A stretch of 63,612 nucleotides of DNA, counting the filler, from Diploschistes diacapsis (lineage: Eukaryota), in assembly GCA_023645945.1 (NCBI GenBank). It is 17 parts of 17 records of this genome, joined end to end, with 100 filler letters (N's around TTAATTAATTAA, not from the genome) between each part and the next. Parts side by side here need not be neighbours in the genome. Positions count along the whole stretch, not along the records: positions 1 to 1,362 come from JALAIB010003238.1; positions 1,463 to 2,822 come from JALAIB010003239.1; positions 2,923 to 23,779 come from JALAIB010000324.1; 14 more parts are not named here. One strand, given 5' to 3'. Under the pieces are notes generated by a model. It saw nothing but the letters and a program-made list of their open reading frames with translations, was not told the origin of the DNA and ran no database searches. The translations under genes were made by a program, and so were the position numbers. Shown here one piece after another: positions 1-12,682 of the stretch (positions are counted from its first letter, which is position 1; each line of letters opens with the position of its first letter).

Positions 1-226
1 GGTAGAAAATATGGCTGGAAGTATAACTAAATTCTAGAAGGAAATTCAGTTCAGTTGAACTCGGAGGTTCAGTTTAATTAAATTTCTTAAAATTCCAACT
101 AAACGTAATAATAAATAGTGTAAGTAATATGACTTAGCGTATCCCACGATGATAAAAGTCTGCAAAGTAGGATAACCTCCTAGATAAGACCTCTAGACTT
201 CAATATATCCATTACGTTGCCAAACA
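1..226 (+). mobile_element. Copia LTR, family A (5'-truncated by window edge)
   Basis: Aligns by eye with copies at 972-1162(-), 1845-2059(-), 32075-32287(+), 34747(+) and 36997-37152(-). Shared motifs include GTTCA repeats and CTTCAATATATCCATTACGTTGCCAAACA, ending in CA at 226. Confidence 0.8.
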
Positions 227-970
227 TCTTTTTTATTTTTTATCTTTAATTATAACTTAAATAAATTAATAACTCCTTATATACAAGCTTAATAAAATTT
301 TTTTGAAAGTAGAACTCTGTCGGTTAATATACGTATATCCCGCGATTAAGTTTCGGAAAATTAACGATTAATGATAATAAAAAGTAACCTAATTTTAATC
401 TTCGATTCTGCCTATGTCTTGTTATTTAGCCTGCTCTCGGAACTTAAAAACTATTAGCTCGGTACCTATTTAGCCTTCCTGTTCTAGCTTTTTTCTCGAA
501 CGATTTGTTTATATTACTTATTTAGTTCTAAAGGTAAAGCGGGTTTGTAAGCTCGTGAATCTTTTTTATTCGATAGATTAACGATTTGATCTATTCATAA
601 GACTTAATAAGTGTTTAATTTCTTCATTTCGGAGCTCGATAACTTTATATTCGATATTTAATTCGTTTATGATCGAAACTTGTTTATTTTTACGGATCTT
701 TTAGCTCGATTCGGCGTATAAAGAACAGATTTAGACCGTTATTTGGCTCGGGAGAGTATTTATCGTGATTAATAGGCCCACGGACGTGTAAGAGTTAAAT
801 ATTTAGGCGGTTATAGCGCTAATATAACGATTTAGGCCCAAAAACGTTCTCGATTATCAATATTTACGTTTATATAAAACCCGGGTCGCGACCGATGTTT
901 TAACGAATCAAATTATTAATTTAAAACGAATAGTTTATTAATTAAATAATTTAAACTTATTTAAGGTGAT
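227..970 (-). mobile_element. RIP-degraded retrotransposon internal remnant
   Basis: Very AT-rich and TpA-rich. The reverse complement near 330 (ATCGCGGGATATACGTATA) recurs at about 25365 upstream of a family E 3' LTR. Confidence 0.4.
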
Positions 971-971
971 T

Positions 972-1169
972 TTTTGGGCAACGCATGTATTGAAGTCTAG
1001 AATCTAGAGGTCTAGCTAGAAGGAATAATCTACATGCAAGCTCTTATACCAATAGGATCCACTAAGCTCTACAGACTTGCACTACTCCCGATTAGGATTA
1101 GCAGGAACCCCAGTAGGTTCAGTTGAACTTCCCAGCCATGCATTCTGTCTGCCTGCTCAACACTCCCCC
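972..1169 (-). mobile_element. Copia 3' LTR (family A, 972-1162) with polypurine tract
   Basis: The minus strand reads GGGGGAG (PPT, 1169-1163) immediately followed by TGTTGAGCAGGCAGACAG. It lies just downstream of the RNase H remnant. The left boundary is approximate. Confidence 0.8.
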
Positions 1170-1215
1170 ACGGACGGAACCATCGGCATGTTCACCTGGT
1201 CTAGCTAGATGCCTT

Positions 1216-1362
1216 CTATACTAATCTAAATCCTTTAACGAACATGTCGTATTTAGCGTAATTTAATAATTTCGTTAATCCGTCAGTAATTATCTTGTCT
1301 ATAAGTATATAAACGACATTAATACGGCCTCGTTTAATTAAATCCCGTATATAATAATAGAT
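1216..1362 (-). pseudogene. Copia Pol RNase H C-terminus, RIP-mutated
   Basis: Translates to IYYYIRDLIKRGRINVVYILIDKIITDGLTKLLNYAKYDMFVKGFRLV*, matching the Ty1/copia 'HYIRD..G.I.V.Y.....ADGLTKPL' end motif. Confidence 0.85.
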
Positions 1363-1462
1363 NNNNNNNNNNNNNNNNNNNNNNNNNNNNNNNNNNNNNN
1401 NNNNNNTTAATTAATTAANNNNNNNNNNNNNNNNNNNNNNNNNNNNNNNNNNNNNNNNNNNN
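1363..1462. other. Artificial contig linker (first of 16 identical 100-bp spacers)
   Basis: 44 N + TTAATTAATTAA (stops in all frames) + 44 N. The others start at 2823, 23780, 25240, 26699, 28158, 29616, 31074, 32530, 33986, 35442, 36897, 38352, 59250, 60705 and 62159. Confidence 0.99.
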
Positions 1463-2059
1463 AAATAATTCTCTATAATAAAAGTAAAGGTAATCGAGAG
1501 ATTCAACGTAGTTCAGCTAAACTTCGATATTAACGAAAAAAAAAAAAGTTGTTTTTCGTTAGCCTATACAGATGATATATAAATCCAACAATTTCTGATT
1601 TAGGCCTACCTTAGGCCAGCGTATTAAGGTCCCGCGTTCTTTTAAAATAATATAACTTCTACCTTTAAATCAGCCTATCTTAAGATCTTATAATTTAGAT
1701 CCTAAGTTTTTAAATCTCTTCGATTTAATTTACGTTAAATAATATAATCGGTACCCGCGTTTGTAACCGTAACAACTACCGGAAGACGTAGTTTCAATAA
1801 ACGATTAAACGTAGTAAAACAGGTACTAATCCGGATTCATAACTTATTTAACAACGTAATGGATATATTGAAGTCTAGAGGTCTATTTAGGAGGTTATCC
1901 TACTTTGCAGACTTTTATCCTTATGGGATACGCTAAGCCCTATTATTTACACTATTCCTAAACCGGTCTAATTAGGATTCCAGAAGGTTCAGCTGAACTG
2001 AACCTCCTTCTGGAACCTAGTTAGACTCCCAGCCATGCCTTCTGCCTATCTGCTCAACA
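1463..2059 (-). mobile_element. Copia 5' LTR (family A, 1845-2059) + mutated PBS + internal leader
   Basis: TGTTGAGCAG start at 2059. After the LTR end the minus strand reads AGTTATGAATCC, a G-to-A/C-to-T version of GGTTATGAGCCC. The downstream leader is homologous to 32300-32529. Confidence 0.8.
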
Positions 2060-2822
2060 ATAATACCGATATTCCAGCATCGAGTAATTAATTCAGTTTA
2101 ATATTTAAATCTTTATATATTAGGGATCAATGGCGAAAGTATTAGGCCAAAGCTAATTAATAAATATATCTCTGTATAAACGACGTCGATCACGAACGTA
2201 TCGAGGATCTCGATACTCTTTACGTCAAATAAATATTTTTTAAGGTTAAATACGAAAAGGTTATTAAAAGCGAATGTCGATAATTACGATTTAAGTTTAT
2301 TACGTACAAACTTTCGGACGATTAATCAATCATGAATACCAAAATAGATTTAATTCGTATTTAAAAGAAAATCAATACCACTAAACTGAATTAAAAGTTC
2401 AATGTTAGATCAGTCTTTTAATAATTACTAGCTAATCTTTCATCATTTTATAACACGTTGGTTGACGGTATTAACGTTCAGATCGAAAAAATCGACTCAA
2501 AGAACGTGAACTACGACAAATAACTGAATAAATTATCCGATAAGTAGGCGAGCTTAAAGACTAAGGTTGCTATATATTCTAACGATAGGCGTTACGATAA
2601 CAATAAACGCTTTAACGATAAGCGAAACATCAATCAACGACGCGTTAATAATAAATTTATGACGAACCGCTAAAGCAAGACACGTTTACTTAAATTTAAA
2701 TCAAACAATTATTTTCTTTATAAAAACGATCATCGCGTATTAAAATATTCTTTCGCTCAAGAATTCCGTAAATTTATTATAATAAAAAAGAAGCTTACTC
2801 GCAAACATCGTAGCTATAATAC
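2060..2822 (+). mobile_element. RIP-degraded retrotransposon gag-like remnant
   Basis: AT-rich. About 2705-2755 translates NNYFLYKNDHRVLKYSF, consistent with a CCHC zinc knuckle after TGY-to-TAY mutation. Confidence 0.35.
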
Positions 2823-2992
2823 NNNNNNNNNNNNNNNNNNNNNNNNNNNNNNNNNNNNNNNNNNNNTTAATTAATTAANNNNNNNNNNNNNNNNNNNNNN
2901 NNNNNNNNNNNNNNNNNNNNNNTGGGCTTTCTTATTGCCATTTATTCTGTAACCCCCCCCCCCCCCCCCGTGCTAACGCACGACCACCGCAG

Positions 2993-3537
2993 TGGGCGAC
3001 CACCTCTGGATGTCGCGCTTCCTCCTGCACCGCATCGCCGAGGAATTCGGCGCGCGCATCACCCTCGCGCCCAAGCCGGTGCCGGGCGACTGGAACGGCG
3101 CGGGCCTGCACACGAACGTGTCGACGGCGGAGATGCGGGCCGAGGGCGGCATGAAGCACATCGAGGCGGCGATGAAGAAGCTCGAGGCCCGCCACGTCGA
3201 GCACATCAAGGTCTACGGCGAGGGCAACGCGGACCGGCTGACGGGCAGGCACGAGACGGGCAGCATCGACAGCTTCACGTGGGGCGTGGCGAACCGGGGC
3301 GCGTCGGTGCGGATCCCGAGGGCGTGTGCGAGGGAAGGGAGGGGATACTTTGAGGATCGGAGGCCGGCGAGTAACGCGGATCCGTACCAGATTACGGGGA
3401 TCATCGTTGAGACGGTGAGACATACGTTCGTACGGATAGGCGTATGCACGTGGAACTAACGGCGTGTGCTGCAGATCTTCGGCTCGCTCCCCTCGGAAGA
3501 GTACAGCGGGGAAGAGCATGCGGAACCAAGCGACTAG
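2993..3537 (+). CDS. glnA: Glutamine synthetase, 3' part (exons 2993-3414 and 3475-3537; 5' exons lost at contig edge)
   Basis: GSII motifs [50 protein letters not shown]. Branch site GCTAAC and AG at 2991-2992; intron GTGAGA..ACTAAC..CAG 3415-3474; last exon [20 protein letters not shown]. Confidence 0.96.
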
Positions 3538-3726
3538 GAAGGAAGGAATCGGCGGTTAGCTGGCTGGCTCGTATCCACCACCTGAGTACTCTATCCACTA
3601 TTACCGGAGGATATGACACGATGTTGGTGTTGATGCGCCAACAGCAAGAGGTGGGCGGGAGGGAGGATAGCAGGGTCGAGGGGGATAATTTGAATTTTCC
3701 TGCTGCGTGGATGGTGATGCCGTAAT

Positions 3727-4705
3727 ACAATACGATACGACATGATACGATATCATAACGATATGAGTCGATATGCTTGCTTGCTCGCTCCCCTTGATTT
3801 GCCCAATCTTGCTTCGACATACCACAAGCAGCTAAATTCCCCTTTTTTGTGTGTGTCCATCTCACTCGTCTACTGTGTATATATATATATATACACGTGC
3901 TATGGGACCAGCCTGCTTGCCCCCCACCTTTCTTTTTTCCTTTTTCCTTTTTCCTTTTTTCTTTCTCTTTTCTTCTCCTCCAAAGCTCGTTCCATGCATT
4001 TCCTGTTTCTGATATCATGACATGCTGGTGCTTATGGGAGGGGAGGGGGGCCATCTAGTCGATAGACATGGGCCAGCAGTAGCCAAAAAAACCACCCAGA
4101 CCTTGGGGACCTTTTGCCGTCTGTACTTTTTGCTTGTACCTGTTAACTTCCAATGTAACCTCCATGTACCTCTCTCTAAGTGTGTGGGGTGTGTTTCAAA
4201 GCCCCTAGTCCTGGAAAGGAGACGGGCGAAGAAGGCGCTTATGGCTCGGGGCTCTTGTCGGGGTTGTATAAATAGGTCAAATAAATAAATAAATGGATGG
4301 ATGGATGAAGGAAAAACAAAGGACATGGAAAGTAGAGAGATGGAGATTGATTGATTGATTAATTTAATTATAATGTTGGTTCAACGATACGATACGATAC
4401 TGCGGTCTCCGCTTGTATGTATGTGTGTTGGATCAATACTGGCATCAATGTAGTATACTAATACTATTATTACTAAACTGGCGCTTTATATCGCAATACT
4501 ACGGATGGATACCACGCAGGACACCCTGCACGCAAGAAGAATAAACCGAGTCATACCTTAATCAGACTCGGTGGATCCAGGAAAGGTGGGAACTTCCTGC
4601 AGAATCCCCCATTTGGAGTACAAACCTGTAGTACATAGGTGGATATTCGCATGCTGCGTCGATCTGTTTATGCTATGCTATGCTATGCTGTGCTGTGCTG
4701 TGCAG
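3727..4705. repeat. Simple-sequence-repeat-rich intergenic region between convergent genes
   Basis: (GATAC)n, (TA)n about 3877-3893, a polypyrimidine tract about 3928-3980, (AAAT)n/(GGAT)n about 4279-4306, (GATT)n, and (ATGCT/GTGCT)n about 4669-4703. Confidence 0.8.
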
Positions 4706-5080
4706 CACGGGCGATATGGAAATGAAGCTAAGCTGAGCTCAATGAAGCGTAGACGGGCAAGGCTCTCGTTGAAGGCCTCCCTACGTCCCTCCCTTTCGTT
4801 TTGTTGTTCGACTCGCTCAGCATGTAAAAAAGCCCAACGACGGACGGCCGGTTCCACAACGCCGCGTGTGCCCCCCGAGTTCTTAGCCAGTACTTTTATG
4901 AAGCTATCCAAAGGCACAGCATGCACTCTACAGCCGCAGTGCATGTTCAGCCCCGGAGAGGGTGCGTGCAAGGCTGGCAATAGGGCCATGACCGGAGAGC
5001 CATCGCCACCGCCTTCGCCATTGCATTGCAGCTCAACACTAAGCCTTTGTCTTCGTTTGACCATTACCGGCCTCAAGATC

Positions 5081-6638
5081 TCAGTCCAGAACCTCCAGAA
5101 ACTGCCCCTTCCCCCCTCTATCCCTCCTTTTCTTCCCACTCCTGCCCACGCCCACAAAAACAACCGGCACCGCCCCGAAAATCCCCTCGTTGACCTCGTA
5201 ATGCGCCATGAAACCCCCCGCCAGCGCCGCCCTCAGCGCCCGGTGCCGGTGCAGAAGCCACCACTTGTCTATCGTCGCCGCGACCTGGCTCTTCTTGCCC
5301 GCCGGTTTCAGCTTGAGGCTGCTGCCCGCCTCGCGGCCCGTGTCGGGGTCGACGGTGGTGGAAAAGCGCGGGCCGTGCGTCGGGTTCTGGACCGAGTGCA
5401 GGATGTCAGCGAAGGAGGCGTGCACGAGGCGCTTGTCTTCCCGCGACATTGCTTTGCCGGAGTGCGATTGGATGCTTGCCAGCCGGGACTCGAGCTGGTG
5501 CTGGTTCGTGGCCAAGGCGTACCGGCGGATGAAGTACGTGGTGCTTCTGCCACCGTTGGGGTCTTCCATGGCGAGGACGTCGGAGGCGGCAAAGTCCTCG
5601 GCGGACTCCTCCTCTTCCAGAGGCGTGTATGCCTTTTCGTAGAGGAGGGCTATGTTATCGCCTGCGGCTATCAGGACGGCCGCTGAGCTGGAGTCGAGCT
5701 GGTCGGTGAACACTTCGAGGGCTTCGGTGCTGGTCATCGCGAAGTCATCGACCAGCGTGGCGAGGAAGCCGTGGGCCTCCAGAGCGGCGGCCACCGGCTC
5801 AGGCTCGTCCAGGGCATCGATATACTGGCCGTCCGAGGAGATGATCTCGAGGAGGAAGGCGAGGTTGCCATGGATCTCATCTTCAGAGAGGTCGCCGTAG
5901 AAGCTCGCAACTGCGAAGGTGCGGATGGCTTCTGTTTTGACTCTGAGATCGGAGAAGTCGATGATGGCGCGCTTGAGCGTTGTGTAGATGGATTCGTAGA
6001 TCTCGCTCGAAGGGGCCGTTATTACCGTTACTGCGAGAGCTAAAGTGGGTGAGCAGGAGACCAAAACTCATGGGATCACGACACAAACCTTTCAGTGCCA
6101 GAACGGCCTCCAGAGTATCATCTTCGGATTTGATGCATCGCACAAAAGCGGCTGTCAGTTGGTCGAGACGGAATCTGATCTCCTCCTCACAAAAATGCTG
6201 CCGAAGCAAGCCAACGTAAGCGGCAAGTGCCTCCTTTCTGGTCTGGATGTTGCTGGTCTTCCAGTTCCTGTCCTCTATCTTCTGAATGATGTCTGCCAGA
6301 TGCTCCTGCCACGTTTCGTTGCTCGGCACTTGCTCTTCGGCAATGAGCGCATCGATGGCGCTGGGGCTACAGAGCTTTAGTATCGAGAATATGTCTATCG
6401 TCTTCGAAACTTACCTGGTAGGCCGCGAATCCTCGTCGCTCAGACTATTGCTGCCCATATCAGAGCCTGCGGGGCTATCCCCAGCGCTCACATTTCTCGA
6501 CGGTGCCGGAGAGTTGGCTCTCGAAGTTGCGCGAGAGGGCGCGAGTGACGACTGTTTGGAGAGGGCCTTCTTCGAGACGGTCTTGGAGCCGTGTTTGAGA
6601 GCCTGCTTTCGCAGAGACTCTCCTGTCTGGTCATGCAT
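5081..6638 (-). CDS. IFRD (interferon-related developmental regulator) domain protein; exons 6638-6415, 6366-6089, 6039-5081
   Basis: N-terminus MHDQTGESLRKQALKHGSKTVSKKA plus motifs IISSDG, QLDSS..VLIAAGDNIALLYEK and IDKWW...LR.AL.GGF..HY..N typical of fungal IFRD proteins. Two GT-AG introns join three ORF-track pieces in frame. Confidence 0.85.
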
Positions 6639-7787
6639 TATGAGCAGGGAGGACGCGGGTTAATCGGGTGGGTGTCTTGATTCTGTAAACTAGCTTTAAG
6701 CGGTGATGCTCTCTTTGAAAATGAGTGGTGAAGCAAATGGAAGGCTATTCGCCTGGAAGTGAATATTGGTATGAGTGTAAACGCTGAGACAAAATCTCCA
6801 TGTAGTAACTTGTTATTGAGTGCAGACGCATTCCAGCTACAATAGGCAAGGGCAAAGGGTAAGGAAGTTAAGACTTGAGAGGTGGATGAGAGCTTTGACA
6901 ATAGCAGAGAAACAGTCGGATTGGAAATACTGTTGCCGCTTGTGCACCTTCCTAGCCCTATCAAGCGAGGGAGGTCACGGTTGTTTTTTGTTACTTGCAT
7001 GTGACTGACTGGCCTAAGTAATCTTTTCGTTTTTGTTTAGCCTTTTGGGCATCTCCGCAGTCACAGTCACCAGGCCGGTTTTATCACTTTCAAGATCTAC
7101 TGGGCAGTTCTACTAGGGATGAAGTTCCCATCCCCCCTCCAGCAAAGTCATCGGTGCCTTTTCAGCCTTCCAGACTCTGCATCCGTAAGATCTGGGCCGA
7201 AGAATAAAGCCAGTTACTTGTACCCGGTGAATCGGGTGACTGACGGGAGTACAGCACGCACACACTATTAGGCAGCGCAACATTCTTCTCCATATACCGG
7301 GAAGATAGCCTCATATTACAGCCCCTTAGCCAACAACGTGGTAGCTACCCGAATCTTATGATTCTGGTTCTGATTGCTACTGTTTCATACTTGAGAGACA
7401 TCGTCGTCACAGTTGGCATCCGAGAGGAATTTATCAAGTGGGAGGAAAGGGTGCCGGGTATGCAGCGTTACATTTGTATCATGTTCCACGTCAATGCAGC
7501 CAAGGTACTACATGCTTCTCACATGTTGGTTTCCATGGGCTCTGGCTGGCTAGTGCACTAGAGTTACTAGGCCTTGCTTTCGAAGGGAGTATAGGCATGC
7601 ATCGTTCAAAATGTCGCTTGTATTTGTGAACAGCCTCGAAAAGGAAGGTAGCTCTAGTACCCACGGCAGCAAACATCGCCGCCAAATATGCCCAAACGTA
7701 CACTCGTAGTGGTCGACGTTTGCCCAAAAACTCCCATCAATGCCGCTCGGATATCCCTTACTCATGCCAATGCTAAGTTTCCAAGCT

Positions 7788-9587
7788 CTAAAAGTTCTCC
7801 TTTCCCCACACGAACTTGAATTCCGGGTCCGAGTACATGTTGCACTTGACGTGCAGCGTGCTGCCCAAGCCTTTCGGACCGCAGAAGAATACACCGGCCT
7901 CGGCGGGCGAGTGGATCTTTCGAATGGCGCGGAAGATGGCGTCCCAGTTGGGCCGGCCGTAGTTGGTGGGTGTACGGAGGCCCGAGACGGCGTCGACCTG
8001 TGCGTCGGCGTCGTTGACCATGATATTGGTTGCCTGTTCTGGCTTGATCTTGGCGGTAAGATACTAAGAGGCAAGTCAGTTCGGGTGCTAGATCGGAATG
8101 GTGTTAAGACGTACAAAGTGGATCTCGATGTTGCTATCCATATCTTGCTGCTCGATAGCCATCAACAGGCTCCGAAACCATTCAAAGCTTCCAAAGTCTC
8201 GAATCACCCAGAAGAAGTAGACCTTCCGTAGCCTGGTTCTCTCCTTTTGAGGGTAGTTCATCCTGTACCATATGCTCTTCAAGATACTGGCAAAGGGTGT
8301 CACGCCGATACCGGCGCCGACCAGGATAGCAATCTCGTACTTGAAGACATCCTCGGACGCAGAGCCAAAAGGACCGTCGACCATGACTCGAGGTAAGACG
8401 CGGGTAAGTGCAGGGTCGGAGCCGTTGGGAGCATCCTGCACAGCGACACCAACAACAGCAGCAGCATCCTTCTTTCCCCTGGAAAGGTCACACCCGAGCG
8501 TCTTCCCAAGCGCCTTGGTCCAATTGCCTGCCATGCGAATGTGCACCGAGATGTAGTCTTCCTCGGGCGCCGAGGTGAGCGTAAAGGGATGGTATTGCCA
8601 AAGAGACACTTCGGGGCAGTTCAGGAAGATGTACTGTCCCGGCCGAGTCACCGTCCGGACCTTCTTGATCTGCAACTCAAGCACATCGCCCGGATGCTGG
8701 ATGACCTTTGAGATGTATGTCTTGTGACGACCACGCACTTCGCGGGCAATACGTTCGAGCAAGTAGACGAAGCCGCTCCAGGCCCAATATTGGTAGAACA
8801 CGCCATTCCCGAAAAAGAATGGGTTGAAGTCCGCGGGAATCAAGCCGAAGACACCGTGCAGCGACCAGAAGAAAAAGAAGATGACGAAGAGATGGTGAGT
8901 ATACCAGAACCTCTCAAAGTTCTTCCGGCGAGGCTTCTCGACCGAAGTGAACACCATGGCCATAAGGGCAAACGTCATAATATATCCGGTCCATCCGGGG
9001 CCCGTCTTGAAATTGATGAGGAGAAAACCGGTGAAGCCTAGATGTTGCTTTGCGGCCAGCTGCGCGAAGTTGTTCCAATGGGCGACGATGTGAATCCAGG
9101 TGAACAGCACGATGGACCATGCCACGAGCTTGTGAAACGTAATATTCTTGTCGAACTGGATCACCCCATTCAACGGTGTTTGCCTGAGGAGCGAGATGAG
9201 CGTCCGGCATACGGGGAACAGGATCAGCGCCACGTCGAAATGCAACACCAGAGCTGCGGCTCTAGCTATCGGGTAGGTGATGCCGAACGTCGCTCTTGCA
9301 TTGTTGAGGTTGTCTTTGAGCTGGTAGTTGGCAAACCCGAAGGCAAAGATCATCGCGTGAACGATCATAAAGACTGCCACCGTGAACCTTCTCGAGCCTT
9401 CGTTGACCATCCAGCGGCTGAACTTCTCCATTGGCGTCAGGTCCCTGCGCGGCTCGTTCGACACTTCGCCGGACAGCAAGATTCGGGAAAGGGCGGTGGT
9501 CCGAGCCCTTTCCGAAGTCGCTGTACCCATAGAGCGGATGCTCCCAACTTTGGACCTCGTAAGGTAATATAGATCTCTGGAATCCAT
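7788..9587 (-). CDS. noxB: NADPH oxidase isoform B (Nox2); exons 9587-8115 and 8063-7788
   Basis: gp91phox-type haem His, FAD motif HPFTLTSAPEED, NADPH motifs DGPFGSASED and GAGIGVTPFASILKS, FFCGP, C-terminal WGKENF. The N-terminal extension SER..T.LSRILLSGE...LTP.EKF.RWMVNEG is the NoxB rather than NoxA signature. Confidence 0.93.
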
Positions 9588-11161
9588 TCTGATAACGATT
9601 CAGATAGCTAGGCAAAGTCGTTGTTCAAAGACTCGACTGATCCAGGCGTCGACAAGCGGTCACAATCATATAAGGTAGCTGCAAGCGTCGATCCCCAGGA
9701 TGTGGCTGACGATGCTGAGCGTTAAGTATTTAGGGAACGAGTGTAAGAACTATCTGGACTCAGCCAGTCCATACAAGCCAGGGCCAATGCGCTTCTGAGG
9801 CAACTCACAGTATCACGGCCAGCGCAAGAGGTAATCTACCCTTGATCAAAAGCTTTGCCCTAGTCCGTTACCGCGGTAGAGTACAAATTACAACCGCAAT
9901 AACAACCGCAACCAACCAGCCTCATTCGAAGATTTAGAGGATGTAGAGGAGAGTGAAAACGAGTCAGTAGAGAGAGGGAACAGTGCTTAGAAGAAAGATC
10001 CGGCCGGCAAAGCCGACGATGCAGGCTTCAAGGCGACAAAGATTGTAGGAAGAAAAACCCTTGTACAGGTTTCGATCGTCTGTGACAGAGAGACCACGCA
10101 AGCTCCAGTGTGGAGGGAAGCAAAATGGGGTGGAAAGCATAAATCATGCTTATGCGGGTTGGCAGCGTCACCTTGACTAGAGACATTCCAAAACCACCGT
10201 AACCGTGCGGGCGAGCTTTTCTGCTCTACGGCGTCAAAGTGGTATTTGACGATCCCACCTCGTGATGCTGTGAGAAACAGAGGGTGAATCCAATGAAAGG
10301 CTGTGGCAGAAAAATTAAGCGCTTGGGGAAAGAGAGGGTCAAGGTTGGTAAAAGCCACTGAGTGAGTGAGTGAGTGTTGTGTGTGAAATGGGGATGGGGA
10401 TGGGGATGGATGAGTCTTGGCGTTCGGATGTTTGAGCAGCGTCGCACAAATACCAAATATTCATTCATGCGAGTTCAGTTCTTGAGGCGGCTTCCTACAG
10501 AATACAACTATACCCACCAGTTACCACCAGATATTGCCTCTTGATACTTGGTAATCAGTGCTACCAAGTATACCACACCCGAGGCAGCTTTCAATACTGA
10601 CTCGCATACGGGCCGAGATGGTATTCCGGATTCCCATGTATGACGGTCTCCAGAAGCCCAGATTCAGCGAGTCGGCTTGGTTTCATGATAGATAGGCATG
10701 GTTCAATCACTCGAGGGCCAAGTACGCGAGCGTTTCTCATCACTTTGCTTCGTTGACTGCTCAGATTCCGTCTCGTCAAAAATCCAGAGTGTCACATTGG
10801 AGGCGTGGCGACTGTCCTTCGCCAGTATTTCTTTGAAATGCAGTCTATTCATTCCTGGCCTCACTAAACTTCGACCATGTAGCCAGAATTAGATATACAT
10901 GAATGCACGACCGTCGTATCCCCCGCTACGTCTACTGATGGGAAAGGGGGGCATGCTGCAAGATCCGATATGAAGCCATCCGCAAAAGAAACCCGCACCA
11001 CAACCGCTCGTCTCCTGTAATGTTTCCGTGTCAAACCTCTTGCCTCACTTCGCTAACACTTCTGCCTGACTTTCCATGCACTAAATCTTCCGTTGTAAAG
11101 TAAACGCTTTGCAAGAGTGTCAAAACCATCTGGGTGGAAACAAACGAGCAGGTTCGCTGTT

Positions 11162-11880
<719 letters not shown>

Positions 11881-12229
11881 GGCGTAGCTTAAGAGAGGGA
11901 AGTAATCTCTAAAGTGATAAGGATTTTGGCTTCTGCGAGGTTGGTGAGAATATTCGATTTCGATTTGCTGGGTGTGGAGTTGTTGTTTCTAGGAAGACAA
12001 AAGTGCGTTAGTGGGGCTGCTCAGCCTGGCCTTTTTATTACCACACATGACGCACGAAGCAGAGTCAAAAAGGCTCCAGTGAAACTTACGCTCTTCTGTC
12101 TCGGAGTCACAGCTAAGCAAATGAAGAATGAAAATGGTTGACCGTTGCTGGAAGCGAGGAGTGTTCAATAGAAGGCAAGGGAAACTACGAGCTGGGGGCA
12201 GATGGGGTTAACAGCTTTCGGGCACCTGT

Positions 12230-12230
<1 letters not shown>

Positions 12231-12260
<30 letters not shown>
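12231..12260 (+). repeat. (CAG)10 microsatellite, intergenic
   Basis: Ten perfect CAG units about 350 bp upstream of the ubc4 ATG. Confidence 0.95.
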
Positions 12261-12262
<2 letters not shown>

Positions 12263-12682
12263 CTGCATCTCTTCTTCTCTTCCATTTCTGGCAGCAGAAC
12301 AACACAACCCACAACCCCAGGTATCTTCCGTATCTAACCGGTTCTTTCAATAGAGCCCTTACGGAGTGTATAATTGTTCACTTGTTGAAAGTAAGATTCA
12401 AATCCGAAAGCAGTACGAAGCACTCCTGCATTATTGCGAATTATCCTACTTATATACAACATCATACACTTATGAACTTCAGTCGAGGTTCATGGCTCAG
12501 AATGAACTCGGCGCTAACTTTGTACCATATCATTTGTTCCCTCTTCACTGATCACCTGGTCAAGGTTGAGCATAGCACGCTCGAGAACCCTATACTATGA
12601 TCATGAGGTTTAGTATCAGATGCTATCCCCGTGTGAGATGTGCCATGAATCATGCAGGTTCCGAACGTCGTCGGTAGTATGA

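Noticed and set aside
1407..1418. Recurrent TTAATTAATTAA at regular ~1.46-kb spacing as a CRISPR-like or biological repeat
   Set aside because: Always centred in 44+44 Ns. It is a synthetic all-frame-stop linker, and the spacing reflects length-sorted contigs.
2932..3519. Long antisense and alternative-frame ORFs over GC-rich genes (2932-3519, 4571-5686, 35494-36732, 35625-36245, 38511-39359, 38729-39268)
   Set aside because: Shadow ORFs. Very high GC3 removes stop codons from other frames, and each overlaps a clearly identified gene.
3401..4326. ORFs of 217 and 103 aa downstream of glutamine synthetase
   Set aside because: They translate simple repeats (KEKK, IYIY) of the UTR/intergenic region.
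7788..9587. Calling the NADPH oxidase NoxA or a ferric reductase
   Set aside because: The N-terminal extension and WGKENF end match NoxB. There are no EF-hands, so it is not NoxC.
12138..12600. PolyQ/polyS ORFs through the CAG repeat
   Set aside because: Short, no ATG context or splice support, and located between the glutaryl-CoA dehydrogenase 3' end and the ubc4 promoter. Best explained as a microsatellite.
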